DNA of 64,000 nucleotides from Candidatus Enterocloster excrementigallinarum (GTDB lineage Bacteria; Bacillota; Clostridia; Lachnospirales; Lachnospiraceae): NCBI GenBank assembly GCA_019119955.1, contig DWWB01000005.1, positions 52,240 to 116,239 of the forward strand, read 5' to 3'. Shown piece by piece: positions 30,801 to 39,800 of this stretch (position 1 is its first letter; each line of letters starts with the position of its first letter). The notes under the pieces were generated by a model. It saw only the letters and a program-made list of their open reading frames with translations, ran no database searches and was not told where the DNA came from. The position numbers and the translations under genes were made by a program.

Positions 30801-32002
30801 ATAAATGTCCCTTCATGGGAAGCGGCTCCGTGATTGGTCCGGCTAATCTCTCCGTCAAATCTGGCAACCACCAGATTTCCCGATTCGTACAGTCCTGTGA
30901 CGCCTCCCACCGCCGCAGTCAGATTCCCCCCAATGGTCCCTGCCACATAGACATTGTAAATGTCCGTCTGATTCTGCCTTCCGGCAATTCCGCCCACATA
31001 TCCCTTTCCCTGAATCCGGTTGCTGTCCCCGTCCAGTGTAATGACCGAAAGGTCCACAAGCACGGCCCTCTGCACATTTCCGGCGATTCCGCCTACGTAA
31101 CCCCCTCTGTTTTCCGAGTTGAGCACAACGTTATCTGCCCGGCAGTTTTCAATCACTGCCGGTCTTGATCCGCCTGTAACCTCGCCTGCGATTGCCCCGG
31201 CGTCTCCGTTGGCGTAGATTACACCGTTCACTGTTACATTATAAATTCCGGACTCTCCCTCCATGGAGCCAACCAGCAGTCCCACGTTATCCTGGCCGGA
31301 TACCTCATCCGCCTCCAGGTCCAGGTTCTCAATCCGGGCATCCTCAATCCGTCCAAACAAGCCCAGATAAGAATAGTCATAATCGGACTTTGTAAACTTC
31401 AGCCCTGAAATCCGGTTTCCGGCTCCGTCAAAGTTTCCTCTAAATGCATTGGAAGGAGCTTTCCCCAAATCCGACCGGTTCTGATACCAGCCGATGGGAT
31501 TCCAGCAGCCCTTATTCAGTTCCAGGTTTCCCAGGTCAATGTCGCTTTGTAGTTCGAAATACCGCCCTTCAAAATCCTCCCCCTGGGCCACTGCCTCCGA
31601 CAATCCCATCAGTTCCGAAAGGCTGGTGATTTTGTAGGGGTTGGTTTCCGAACCGGTTCCGTCCCAGTCCATCTTTGCCCCGGACCACTCTTCCCAAAGG
31701 TCTCCGGTGGCGGAACTTCTAAGGGAGACAGCCGGGACGGACAGCATTTGATTCAGCATGTCCCCTGGCGCGGCGTTCGGCGGAGAAGATACCGGCATAT
31801 CCGCGTTTGACGGAGAAGATGCAGGCATATCCGCATTTGACTCGCTGGCCCTCCTTCCCTGAACGCTGTGTTCCCATTGGACGCCCCTCTGTCCCTCAAT
31901 CTCCCGGCTCCCTGCGGCGGCGAATCCTGGCGCCGTCTGGCCAATGGTCATTGCCGCTGCCAACAGCCATACAGCCGGTCTTTTTCCTGTCCTTTTTCTC
32001 AA
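27806..32002 (-). CDS. 1398-aa cell-wall-bound surface protein with GLUG-like repeats
   Basis: TTG start after AAAGGAGG; signal peptide; GTGSETNPYKI, FRGNFDGAG, YLGLFG, VGGIAG repeats; Gly/Ser linker; C-terminal wall-binding repeats (GWNWIDDNGDGTAECYYF). Confidence 0.8.
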   Translation of the reverse strand: MRKRTGKRPAVWLLAAAMTIGQTAPGFAAAGSREIEGQRGVQWEHSVQGRRASESNADMPASSPSNADMPVSSPPNAAPGDMLNQMLSVPAVSLRSSATGDLWEEWSGAKMDWDGTGSETNPYKITSLSELMGLSEAVAQGEDFEGRYFELQSDIDLGNLELNKGCWNPIGWYQNRSDLGKAPSNAFRGNFDGAGNRISGLKFTKSDYDYSYLGLFGRIEDARIENLDLEADEVSGQDNVGLLVGSMEGESGIYNVTVNGVIYANGDAGAIAGEVTGGSRPAVIENCRADNVVLNSENRGGYVGGIAGNVQRAVLVDLSVITLDGDSNRIQGKGYVGGIAGRQNQTDIYNVYVAGTIGGNLTAAVGGVTGLYESGNLVVARFDGEISRTNHGAASHEGTFIGTREPRNGFRYGTGTNDNLSFLYASSPNQAKRVIGSGIADDNTWTMDAHIGYFTDYGKKYVQVAGSTESASGERYFYEELEDGIRYVITQKTGQEVDVDYSEGQDFKIDHYAPGNQGEPVKGYLISIPRIDTKNANGTYDNDVAVLTAIPSGNNSYYRVIDKDHPAAAPAGCTISVATAAKNQNGNRYQLAYDEDEPGMVKPPTYTDEEGVPRPMTYVSGGSYTFEMPESDTELNAEYVKVTTELTMEPKEAELSVVQIRTGDRKNPEITLEVRDGEGTLIARYINGRQDASVEALPVRIHAEHNGAGDTADRTVLWSIDDTDLIRFEEGWTGGYTQSDARIIPNLDSDFIQGHIRRAEQAQADGGYEQAIGNTIYTQPAVVTASTNPATSVDQKAVTGTCKVTVSFRIKDQTTIRVEGLNLNQSQVHLYITRRLTGDRKNPTETYGVSAPFALSASLKPVQPFYKNVSWTDTENGKLITLTPSGTNGQECRIGAVCDLSGENHPAWIQNIVNADDRAKEADGGYLKLSGSGTVTETVTATSEDQTHGIVKAQCQVVLHFVTEDQTVIHPEGIKLSRTELDYNLAYRFSGDTKSELLEKIGFGERDTLTAAVLPDLEVQDVHEPYNRSVLWESSDTEALSVENGKLTVKENAAWIQEIMKQAPYQGQREVVVTARTEDGGKAGSCKITLNFAAHALEADRQTESFEIALKKTGRRSSPTYAWSGWEGKQFSAIRYPEQAAVNRNWTSSDSSVLTVSEEGFVAPVILDGEGNIAPQWLQNAAGGTEGAEIQAVISVKSPDGTMIDSVPVQLKLTIDDQTYASSGGSGGGGGGGGGGGGSSFKGASPARGTGSAPAGSVTGTWSRQTDGRWSFASSGRTYRDEWAYIYNPYAGDGQSSTDWFRFDAEGFMITGWYTDKEGNTFYLNPISDNTQGRMFAGWNWIDDNGDGTAECYYFNPVSDGTRGRLLKNQTTPDGYQVNEKGQWLENGVVQVKELQPG
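31781..31840. repeat. 30-bp tandem repeat (2 copies) encoding the SNADMPxSSP linker
   Basis: CGGAGAAGATACCGGCATATCCGCGTTTGA / CGGAGAAGATGCAGGCATATCCGCATTTGA. Confidence 0.8.
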
Positions 32003-32015
32003 TTTTTTTCCTCCT

Positions 32016-33839
32016 TTAATCCTGCGGCATCACAAATGCCGGTCTGATTCCATATACCGTTGTCTGAGCCTGCTCTGGCTCTCCCGCCCCTCCTTCCGCT
32101 TTTACTGATGCCGGATGCAGATTTCCATGAATCAAATCCACAACATAGGCATATCCTGTCTGAAATTCTTCCGAATTTCCCATTGGACTTCTCAGCCAAT
32201 ACCCTTTTGAAGTATCTGTCTCCTGAGTTTCCGGATTTTCCCGGTCAGCCCCTTCAAATTTCCACAGATATTCTTTGTATTTCACTGCCTCGTCAACCGA
32301 AAGAATGAACAAACGGGCATTTAGCTGCTGATTTCCGATGTAGTACGGCTTTAAAGCATTCGTATCAAAATCCGACCACGCGCCTTCCGGGCTGCTTCCC
32401 ATGTAAGCGTAATCGGAGCCAATCTGAACCGGTTCCGTATTAAAAATCTCCTGGGAGTCCAGCCAGTTTCGGATATCGGAATATTTGTAATCGTTCTGCT
32501 CCCCGAACTTCGCGATTGGACCTGGACTGAAAACATATTGATGGCTGCCGTCCTCCTGCTCTTCCAGCCGGTAATCAGAGCCGTAATCCGCAGGAATCAC
32601 GCTTTCACACAAAAACAGTGCCAGCCGTCCATGGTTTTGCTGTCCATCCGAATAGTCCTGGTCAATGCAGCGGAACAGGTATTCCCTTCCGTCCAGCTCT
32701 ACAACCTGGAGGTCGTTCAGATTCCAGTGAATCCGTTCCGGAACGCCCGGCTCCGGCTTTTGCAGCACAACAGCAATCCGTATCCCGTAAGAGGTATTCT
32801 CCGGGTCCTGAAGGACGTAAGTACCCTCTTCGTCCACGCCCCATACAAATCCCTCCTGGCTGTCCCGGAGCAGAAAATTTCCTCCTGTAATCCTCGCCCG
32901 GTACCGTTCGTACTCCTCCATGGACAGGCTCATGGCATAGGCCGCCGCCGCAGTCTCCTTCGTCCGTATCCCCATCAGGCCGCTTTTGATGGAGAATCCA
33001 TTTTGAAAACCGTCTCTGAAATACCGGTAAACGATACTGTCCCCATAGGCCGCCGGCCCGTATCCGCCAAACTGCTCCAGCGCCACCGGCGTATCCGCAA
33101 GATAGAGCATCCCGCCCTCATAGTCCTCATCGATGCAGGTAAAAGTCAGCCCCGTCTGGTTCAGACTTGTCTGGATCCTTGAACCGAGAGATTGAGGGAT
33201 TGCCCGCCTGCAGCAGCGATCGCAGATGGAATCCCCATCTTCATCCCCATGTCCCATAGGAGCTGCCGCAATCTCCCGCTCCGTCCCGCAGCTTTGACAG
33301 ACGTACCGGACGCTGCCTTTTGTCAGGCATCCCGCCCCCTTTTCACCTTCACGCACCCAGATATGGCTGCAATGCCCGGGTGAAAATGCTTTTCCAATCC
33401 CCATCCTGGCAACATAATACCAATCATCTCCGTCCTGGATTTTCTCCTCCAGAAGGTTGGAATAAACCGCCTGGTCCCCATAGCGCTGCGCAATTACTTT
33501 GCCGTTGGGAATCAGATTCTTCCCAATCACGTAGAATGTATGCCATTCCCCGTCATCTGCCTGAGAGGCGATGCTGGCTACACGTGCCGCATTTTCTTCC
33601 TGGCTGGATACAATCATTCGTCCATCCGGTATATTCTCCGGCGCCTCTCCTGTGATCAGGCTCTCACAGATTCTTGCCATCTGCAGGTACTCCTCCAAGG
33701 AATCTCCGGCTTCTTCCTTCCGCCCTGTTCTCTCCTCGGAAACCGCCGTCTGAAACGGTTCGGCACAGATTTCCCTGGGACAGACAGCCAAAAGGAAAAC
33801 AATGCTCCCAAAAAGCGTCATTTTTTTGATACCTTTCAT
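32016..33839 (-). CDS. Secreted protein with two DUF6273-like domains and a Cys/His-rich repeat
   Basis: Signal peptide; C..KG...Y.C..CG...MGH repeat; FTCIDEDY, FRCIDQDY, YKYSDIRNWL, LFILSVDEA, YWLRSP, GIRPAF motifs. Confidence 0.6.
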   Translation of the reverse strand: MKGIKKMTLFGSIVFLLAVCPREICAEPFQTAVSEERTGRKEEAGDSLEEYLQMARICESLITGEAPENIPDGRMIVSSQEENAARVASIASQADDGEWHTFYVIGKNLIPNGKVIAQRYGDQAVYSNLLEEKIQDGDDWYYVARMGIGKAFSPGHCSHIWVREGEKGAGCLTKGSVRYVCQSCGTEREIAAAPMGHGDEDGDSICDRCCRRAIPQSLGSRIQTSLNQTGLTFTCIDEDYEGGMLYLADTPVALEQFGGYGPAAYGDSIVYRYFRDGFQNGFSIKSGLMGIRTKETAAAAYAMSLSMEEYERYRARITGGNFLLRDSQEGFVWGVDEEGTYVLQDPENTSYGIRIAVVLQKPEPGVPERIHWNLNDLQVVELDGREYLFRCIDQDYSDGQQNHGRLALFLCESVIPADYGSDYRLEEQEDGSHQYVFSPGPIAKFGEQNDYKYSDIRNWLDSQEIFNTEPVQIGSDYAYMGSSPEGAWSDFDTNALKPYYIGNQQLNARLFILSVDEAVKYKEYLWKFEGADRENPETQETDTSKGYWLRSPMGNSEEFQTGYAYVVDLIHGNLHPASVKAEGGAGEPEQAQTTVYGIRPAFVMPQD

Positions 33840-34182
33840 GGAAACGCCCCTTTCTTTATCAAAATGTAACTGTTCAGGACAGCTTAGTTGTCGATTAACA
33901 AACGAAATGATTCCGAAACGAAAATGACGCGAAACAAGACCTGACAGAATCTATAGACAACATCAGATATGAAAATGAACCAAGATCAGAAAAAAGCAGA
34001 AATAATCTCTGAAAAGGCAATAAACCACAACATTGCAACGATAACTAAAAATACTCCTGAGTAAAAATTAAGATAAAAAGATAAACAGATATTAAAGATA
34101 CAACAGACGGCACAATCTGCCGCAGAAACCATTTTAGAAAGAACCGCCGTTCAAGCTGTAAAAACAACTGCGGCTTATCATC

Positions 34183-34210
34183 ATTATATCACACTATGGA
34201 CATTTGGCAA
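34183..34210 (-). promoter_or_regulatory. SigA-type promoter for the surface cluster, about 340 nt upstream of its first ATG
   Basis: Minus strand TTGCCA-16-TATAAT with TGn extension. Confidence 0.65.
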
Positions 34211-34246
34211 GTAATTTTTATTATAATTCTCCCCCTGCCAAGCTCT

Positions 34247-34272
34247 AAAACCCGGCCTGATACCAGCCCGGG
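34247..34272 (-). terminator. Intrinsic terminator after the ADP-ribosylglycohydrolase gene
   Basis: Minus strand CCCGGGCTGGTATCAGGCCGGG followed by TTTT. Confidence 0.6.
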
Positions 34273-34396
34273 CTCCGTCAGCTGTCTTTACCGCAATCAT
34301 ACCGCATAATTCCCCGAAAGGTGCAGCTGACGGATATTTTTACTCAGCAGATATCATGCAAATACTCCTGGGCATGGCAGAACGGCTATTTTCAGA

Positions 34397-36640
34397 TCAT
34401 TCTCTCCGATATTTTCTGTCCCATTCCCGGTCCTTCCCAAGCTCCGGAATTAGCCCTTCCGTTGACTGGTACAGATCATCCGCAATGGTTCTGATCACAT
34501 CCGCCAGCTCCAGACAGTTTAGGTCAAAGGCTTGTTTTACTGCCTCCTCCCCCAGCCACGCTCCCAGGATATTTCCGCAGATCGCCCCCGTGGAATCGCT
34601 GTCCCCTTTGTGATTGACCGCAGCCCGGATCGCCGCAGCGAAATCATTCTGGTAGCGTACCGCACAGAACACCGCGATGGCCAGGGCCTCATCTGCCACC
34701 CAGCCCTCGCCCAGCTGATGGATCCCCTCCAAATCCGGCACGCTTCCATCCAGGGCAAGCCCCACAGCCTTCTTTAACAGGCCGCTGCTGCTGAAGCAGT
34801 GATACACCACTTCCTCTAGGGGATCGCAGCGCTGTGGGCTGTACTGAACGATCTCCCAGATCAGAGCGGCCAGCGAGGCCGATGCTTCCCTGGCTGCCGG
34901 ATGCCCATGAGTAAAATCCGCATCCACATGGGCCATCTTAATCACTGCATCCGCTTCCTCTCCCCCGGAAAGCTCCGGATCATAGCCCACGCTCAGTCCA
35001 TAAGGCGCCGCCCGCATCACAGTCCCGCAGCCCTTGCTATTGTTGTCCGCCAAAATCGCCTTCCGTCTTCCCGCCGTCCGGCGAATAGAGGCCAGGCACG
35101 TATTCCCCGGAGCCCGGCGGGCGTGAAGGCCCTCCACCTCATACAGCCACATCCTCGGCCTTGGGTCATCCCTGATGCAGCACTCATCCCCCTGGGTTCC
35201 CAGCCATTCCTGGTAAGCCCTAAGCAAATTTTCCTTCCAGTTGCAGTGGATGGATGCGCTGCGGATCAGGGCGTTGACGGCAAACAGGGTCATCTGGGTA
35301 TCGTCGGAAATCACGGCAGGATTTCCCGCCTGGGAGAGAGTCTGAATCCCCTTCTCCCCATATTTGCGGAAAATTCCATCCTCCTTCATAAATTCTACCG
35401 GATATCCCAAGGCATCCCCCACAGCGCCGCCTAAAAGACACCCACGGTAGCGGGACTTCCTTTGCCGCTCCATCGCTCCCCTTAACAATATCTCCCCAGG
35501 AAAGCAGAAGGTTCTTTTCCCGGCACCATCCGTCACCTGCAGAAAGCTGCCCTGAAACAGGATCTGGGCGTCCCCCAGCCTCAGCTGATCGCCCTTTTCC
35601 AGGACTTTTCCCCTTACCTTTTTTCCGTTCAGCTCCACTCCGTTGGTGCTCTTGACATCCCGGATCAACCAGTGTATTCCATCGTAATAAAAGCAAGCGT
35701 GCCGTCTGGATACCCGCGATCCCTTCAGACGAATCTGGCAGTCTGCCCCCCGGCCCGCGTAAAATTCCGTATGGATCATCCCTCCGTCCCAAAGCTTGAT
35801 TCCGATTTCGTAAGGATCAGAGGCCACAAAAACCTCCCGTACATAAAGAAGACTTCCCCACTCATATTCTGTCCCGGCGCTTCCATCTTCCAGCCAGACT
35901 CTAGCAGCCGAATCCAGCCGATACCACTGCCTCTCATAGCCCGACTCTTTCCAGACGCGTTTATACAGAGTCCCATATACGGAGTTTTGAAAGTATTGAA
36001 CCTTCTTATTATCCCCCTTGACAAAAACAGGCGGATAGATCGGCATCGCCGGATCCTGCCACTGTTCCGGAAGCTCCTCCAGAGGCCAGAACTGTCCCCC
36101 ATCGTTCATTCCTACCGGAAACTGACAGCGATCCAGCCACTCCCTGGCAGCCAGCTCCGGAATCGGCGCATCCAGGGCCTTTGCCTGAAAGCGCGAAACC
36201 GCCTTCTCATACAGTTCTTTGTCCAGGGAAAACTCCATGGTCTGGTATGCCTTCCATGTTTCATCATCGGGCAGATGAAGAAGGAAAATACCGGTTTTTC
36301 CCTTGTAAGTAACCTGTCCCAGTACCTTAAAATGGGCGTCCTTATTTGCCACATGGAGTCCCCAGTTGGTTCCATTTTCCAACATAGCCAAATTCTTCAT
36401 ATGATTGGAAAGGATCACATAGCGGCAGCTGGTGACCATACCCCCAAACCGGATGGTGGTGTCCGTAAATCCTTTCTCCCGGATGATCATCCCCGCCTTG
36501 TATTTTTCTGCAAGCTCAGGAGGCAGGTTCACATCCCGGGCAAACAGGGTGATTCCCGGGTACATGCTGCCCATCAGCAGGGAGATAAACGAATTTTTCT
36601 GCTCTTTGGGCGGATCTTCTGCTTTTGTGAAATCAAACAT
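34397..36640 (-). CDS. Multidomain protein: ART-like N-terminal domain, FHA domain and ADP-ribosylglycohydrolase (DraG/ARH) domain
   Basis: FHA: GRGADC...SRVSRRHA...STNGVELNG. ARH: RGCLLGGAVGDALG, SDDTQMTL, THGHP, GDSDSTGAICG. N-terminal ARDVNL...IIREKGFTDTT...HFKVL (ART resemblance is inference). Confidence 0.8.
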   Translation of the reverse strand: MFDFTKAEDPPKEQKNSFISLLMGSMYPGITLFARDVNLPPELAEKYKAGMIIREKGFTDTTIRFGGMVTSCRYVILSNHMKNLAMLENGTNWGLHVANKDAHFKVLGQVTYKGKTGIFLLHLPDDETWKAYQTMEFSLDKELYEKAVSRFQAKALDAPIPELAAREWLDRCQFPVGMNDGGQFWPLEELPEQWQDPAMPIYPPVFVKGDNKKVQYFQNSVYGTLYKRVWKESGYERQWYRLDSAARVWLEDGSAGTEYEWGSLLYVREVFVASDPYEIGIKLWDGGMIHTEFYAGRGADCQIRLKGSRVSRRHACFYYDGIHWLIRDVKSTNGVELNGKKVRGKVLEKGDQLRLGDAQILFQGSFLQVTDGAGKRTFCFPGEILLRGAMERQRKSRYRGCLLGGAVGDALGYPVEFMKEDGIFRKYGEKGIQTLSQAGNPAVISDDTQMTLFAVNALIRSASIHCNWKENLLRAYQEWLGTQGDECCIRDDPRPRMWLYEVEGLHARRAPGNTCLASIRRTAGRRKAILADNNSKGCGTVMRAAPYGLSVGYDPELSGGEEADAVIKMAHVDADFTHGHPAAREASASLAALIWEIVQYSPQRCDPLEEVVYHCFSSSGLLKKAVGLALDGSVPDLEGIHQLGEGWVADEALAIAVFCAVRYQNDFAAAIRAAVNHKGDSDSTGAICGNILGAWLGEEAVKQAFDLNCLELADVIRTIADDLYQSTEGLIPELGKDREWDRKYRRE

Positions 36641-36674
36641 ATTCGTCCTCCATTTCCCCTTATTAATATGATTA

Positions 36675-36704
36675 ATTATAACTCTATCAATATGACTATG
36701 TCAA
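36675..36704 (-). promoter_or_regulatory. Near-consensus SigA promoter of the ART/FHA/ARH gene
   Basis: Minus strand TTGACA-18-TATAAT; GGAGG RBS downstream. Confidence 0.7.
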
Positions 36705-36764
36705 TTTTACGGTAAAATCACCCATTCTTTCCATATTTTTGCTCTTCGGGGGCTCATAAATATT

Positions 36765-36798
36765 AAAAGGGAAGCGTGACCGAAATCACACTTCCCTT
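36765..36798 (-). terminator. ppdK terminator
   Basis: AAGGGAAG...CTTCCCTT hairpin followed by TTTT on the minus strand. Confidence 0.65.
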
Positions 36799-36829
36799 CC
36801 TGATACGGCCAAACCGCCGTCTCTTTTAT

Positions 36830-39460
36830 TTACTTATTATTAATAGCAGCCTGTGCAGCAGCCAGTCTCGCAATCGGAACACGGAAAGGTGAGCAGGATA
36901 CATAGTTCAGGCCAACCTTGTGGCAGAACTCTACGGAAGAAGGATCTCCGCCGTGCTCGCCGCAGATACCGCACTTCAGCTCCGGTCTTACGGAACGGCC
37001 CTTCTCAACCGCCATCTTCACCAGCTGTCCAACGCCCTCCTGATCCAGTCTTGCGAAGGGATCGGACTCGTAGATCTTAGCCTTGTAGTAGGAATCTAAG
37101 AACTTGCCGGCGTCGTCACGGGAGAAGCCGAAAGTCATCTGGGTCAGATCGTTGGTTCCGAAGGAGAAGAACTCTGCCTCCTCAGCGATCTTGTCCGCAG
37201 TCAGAGCAGCTCTGGGGATCTCGATCATGGTACCGATGTGGTACTGCATATCGGAACCTTTCTCCTTCTTAACCTGCTCTGCGGTCTCCACTACGATATC
37301 CTTTACATACTTCAGCTCTTTCTTCTCGCCTACCAGAGGAATCATGATCTCGGGAACGATGTCGTATCCGCACTCCTCTTTCACCTCGATAGCAGCCTCC
37401 ATAACAGCTCTGGTCTGCATCTTGGCGATCTCCGGATAGGTAACAGCCAGACGGCAGCCACGGTGACCCATCATGGGGTTGAACTCGTGAAGCTCATCGC
37501 ATTTTGCCTTAACCTCCTCAGGAGTCATACCCATATCCTCAGCCAAAGCCTTGATATCCTCGGGATCGGTGGGAACGAACTCATGCAGCGGCGGATCCAG
37601 GTAACGAACGGTCATGGGTCTGCCCTCCAGAGCCTTGTACATCGCCTTGAAGTCGCCCTTCTGGAACGGAATCAGCTCGTTTAAAGCTTCCTCTCTCTGC
37701 TCAACAGTATCGGAAAGAATCATCTTGCGGATCTTCGGGATTCTCTCAGCGTCAAAGAACATATGCTCGGTACGGCACAGTCCGATTCCCTCAGCGCCCA
37801 GCTTCACAGCGTTCAGCGTGTCAGCGGGAGTATCGGCGTTGGTGCGAACCTGCAGAGTTCTGAACTGGTCTGCCCAATCCATAATTCTCTGGAAGTTTCC
37901 GCTTACGCTTGCTTCCTGAGTCTGGATGTCGCCCTTGTAAATCTTGCCGGTGCTTCCGTCCAGAGAAATGTAGTCTCCCTCGTGGAAGGTGTAGCCGCCC
38001 AGCTCAAATACCTTTGCTTCCTCGTCAATCTTGATTTCGCCGCATCCGGATACGCAGCAGGTTCCCATGCCTCTTGCAACAACAGCAGCGTGGGAGGTCA
38101 TACCGCCGCGAACGGTCAGGATACCCTGAGCAGCATGCATACCTTCGATGTCCTCAGGAGAGGTCTCCAGACGAACCAGGATCACGCGCTCGCCTCTTCC
38201 GCCGATTCCGGCAGCCTTGGCATCCTCTGCGGTGAAGTATACCTTGCCGGCAGCAGCGCCAGGAGAGGCAGGCAGAGCCTCGCCGATTACCTCGCCGGCT
38301 TTCAGAGCCTCGGGAACGAAGGTGGGATGAAGCAGCTGGTCTAAGGACTTGGCCTCAATTCTGCAAACAGCGGTCTCGGGGGTGATCTGTCCCTCGTCTA
38401 CCAGGTCGCAGGCGATCTGGATGGCAGCGGGAGCGGTTCTCTTTCCGTTTCTGGTCTGCAGGAAGTACAGCTTTCCTTCCTCAATGGTGAACTCCATATC
38501 CTGCATGTCGTGGAAATGATTCTCCAGCTTCATGGCCAGGTCTACGAACTGCTTGTAGCACTCCGGCAGATCCTTCTCCAGCTGGGAGATGGGCTGAGGA
38601 GTACGAACGCCTGCTACTACGTCCTCACCCTGAGCATTGATCAGGTACTCACCAAAAATGCCCTTAGCGCCGGTAGCGGGGTTACGGGTAAACGCAACGC
38701 CTGTTCCGGAGGTGTTGCCCTTGTTTCCAAATACCATGGTCTGTACGTTAACGGCAGTTCCCCAATCGCCGGGAATGTCATTCATACGGCGGTAAACGAT
38801 GGCTCTGGGGTTGTCCCAGGAACGGAATACGGCCTTTACGGCGCCCATCAGCTGCTCCTTGGGATCCTGAGGGAACTCTTCGCCGTTCATAGCTTCCTTG
38901 TAAACAGCCTTGAAGCGCTCAGCCAGCTCCTTTAAATCCTCTGCGGTCAGCTCGGTATCGTAATGTACGCCCTTGGCCTCCTTCATCTCATCGATGAGCT
39001 TCTCAAAGTAGGACTTGGGAACTTCCATAACCACGTCAGAGTACATCTGAATGAATCTGCGGTAGGAATCATATGCAAATCTGGGGTTGCCGGTCTTCTT
39101 CGCAAATCCCTCAACCGCTACGTCGTTTAATCCCAGATTCAGAATGGTATCCATCATACCAGGCATAGAGGCTCTTGCGCCGGAACGAACGGAAACCAGT
39201 AAGGGATCCTCTGTATCGCCAAACTTCTTGCCGTTTACGCCTTCCAGCCATGCCAGAGCCTCGAAGATCTGATCCTGGATCTCCTGTGAAATCTGCTTGC
39301 CGCAGTTGTAATACTCAGTGCAGGCCTCAGTAGTTACCGTAAATCCCTGGGGAATCGGCATACCTAAATTGGTCATCTCGGCCAGGTTGCAGCCCTTGCC
39401 GCCCAGAAGGTTTCTCATTGCGGCGCTGCCTTCATGAAACTTATAAACCCATTTTGCCAT
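36830..39460 (-). CDS. ppdK: Pyruvate, phosphate dikinase
   Basis: MAKWVYKF, LLGGKGCNLAEM, LLVSVRSGARASMPGMMDT, GGMTSHAAVVARG phospho-His motif, GTMIEIPRA, SFGTNDLTQ; GAGGAGG RBS before ATG 39460. Confidence 0.97.
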   Translation of the reverse strand: MAKWVYKFHEGSAAMRNLLGGKGCNLAEMTNLGMPIPQGFTVTTEACTEYYNCGKQISQEIQDQIFEALAWLEGVNGKKFGDTEDPLLVSVRSGARASMPGMMDTILNLGLNDVAVEGFAKKTGNPRFAYDSYRRFIQMYSDVVMEVPKSYFEKLIDEMKEAKGVHYDTELTAEDLKELAERFKAVYKEAMNGEEFPQDPKEQLMGAVKAVFRSWDNPRAIVYRRMNDIPGDWGTAVNVQTMVFGNKGNTSGTGVAFTRNPATGAKGIFGEYLINAQGEDVVAGVRTPQPISQLEKDLPECYKQFVDLAMKLENHFHDMQDMEFTIEEGKLYFLQTRNGKRTAPAAIQIACDLVDEGQITPETAVCRIEAKSLDQLLHPTFVPEALKAGEVIGEALPASPGAAAGKVYFTAEDAKAAGIGGRGERVILVRLETSPEDIEGMHAAQGILTVRGGMTSHAAVVARGMGTCCVSGCGEIKIDEEAKVFELGGYTFHEGDYISLDGSTGKIYKGDIQTQEASVSGNFQRIMDWADQFRTLQVRTNADTPADTLNAVKLGAEGIGLCRTEHMFFDAERIPKIRKMILSDTVEQREEALNELIPFQKGDFKAMYKALEGRPMTVRYLDPPLHEFVPTDPEDIKALAEDMGMTPEEVKAKCDELHEFNPMMGHRGCRLAVTYPEIAKMQTRAVMEAAIEVKEECGYDIVPEIMIPLVGEKKELKYVKDIVVETAEQVKKEKGSDMQYHIGTMIEIPRAALTADKIAEEAEFFSFGTNDLTQMTFGFSRDDAGKFLDSYYKAKIYESDPFARLDQEGVGQLVKMAVEKGRSVRPELKCGICGEHGGDPSSVEFCHKVGLNYVSCSPFRVPIARLAAAQAAINNK

Positions 39461-39686
39461 CCGTGTTACTCCTCCTCGTATTCTATAGATTGGCATATCC
39501 GCTCATATCCAGCTGCTTGTCCTGGCAAGATGTCCGTCCCTGCTGTACATGAGCCTGAAAGCAGGGCGACGCACGAAAGATCTGCTGCCGCCCATCCCGT
39601 ACATTATATATCAAAAGTGAACGACTCGTAAAGGCTTTTTCTGCAAAATTCCGGAAAAATTTTAGCAATTATATACTTAAAATTGG

Positions 39687-39700
39687 TGAAAGTGCTTTCA
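39687..39700. promoter_or_regulatory. cre-like (CcpA/LacI-family) palindrome upstream of ppdK
   Basis: TGAAAGTGCTTTCA, one mismatch from the perfect palindrome TGAAAGCGCTTTCA. Confidence 0.55.
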
Positions 39701-39800
39701 TTTTCAGTCTATTTTCATATATCCGTTTTTTATTCGTATATACGATTGTGCGTTTCATCTTTCTGTCAAATGACGCTCATATGCCACTAAAATTTCCCTG

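Noticed and set aside
11176-31168. Long plus-strand ORFs (e.g. 16552-17706, 21652-22866, 24556-25536, 29738-31168)
   Set aside because: Antisense shadows of long GC-biased genes; no RBS or domain motifs.
9347-33839. Calling the surface cluster an ICE or prophage
   Set aside because: No integrase, relaxase, coupling protein, VirB4 or phage genes, and no att sites identified.
34274-34334. 11-bp inverted repeat TCCGTCAGCTG/CAGCTGACGGA with a 39-nt loop as ncRNA or MITE
   Set aside because: Single copy in the window, beside a terminator; probably a 3' UTR stem.
35672-36715. 347-aa plus-strand ORF and similar ORFs opposite ppdK and U32
   Set aside because: Fully overlap well-supported minus-strand genes; no protein motifs.
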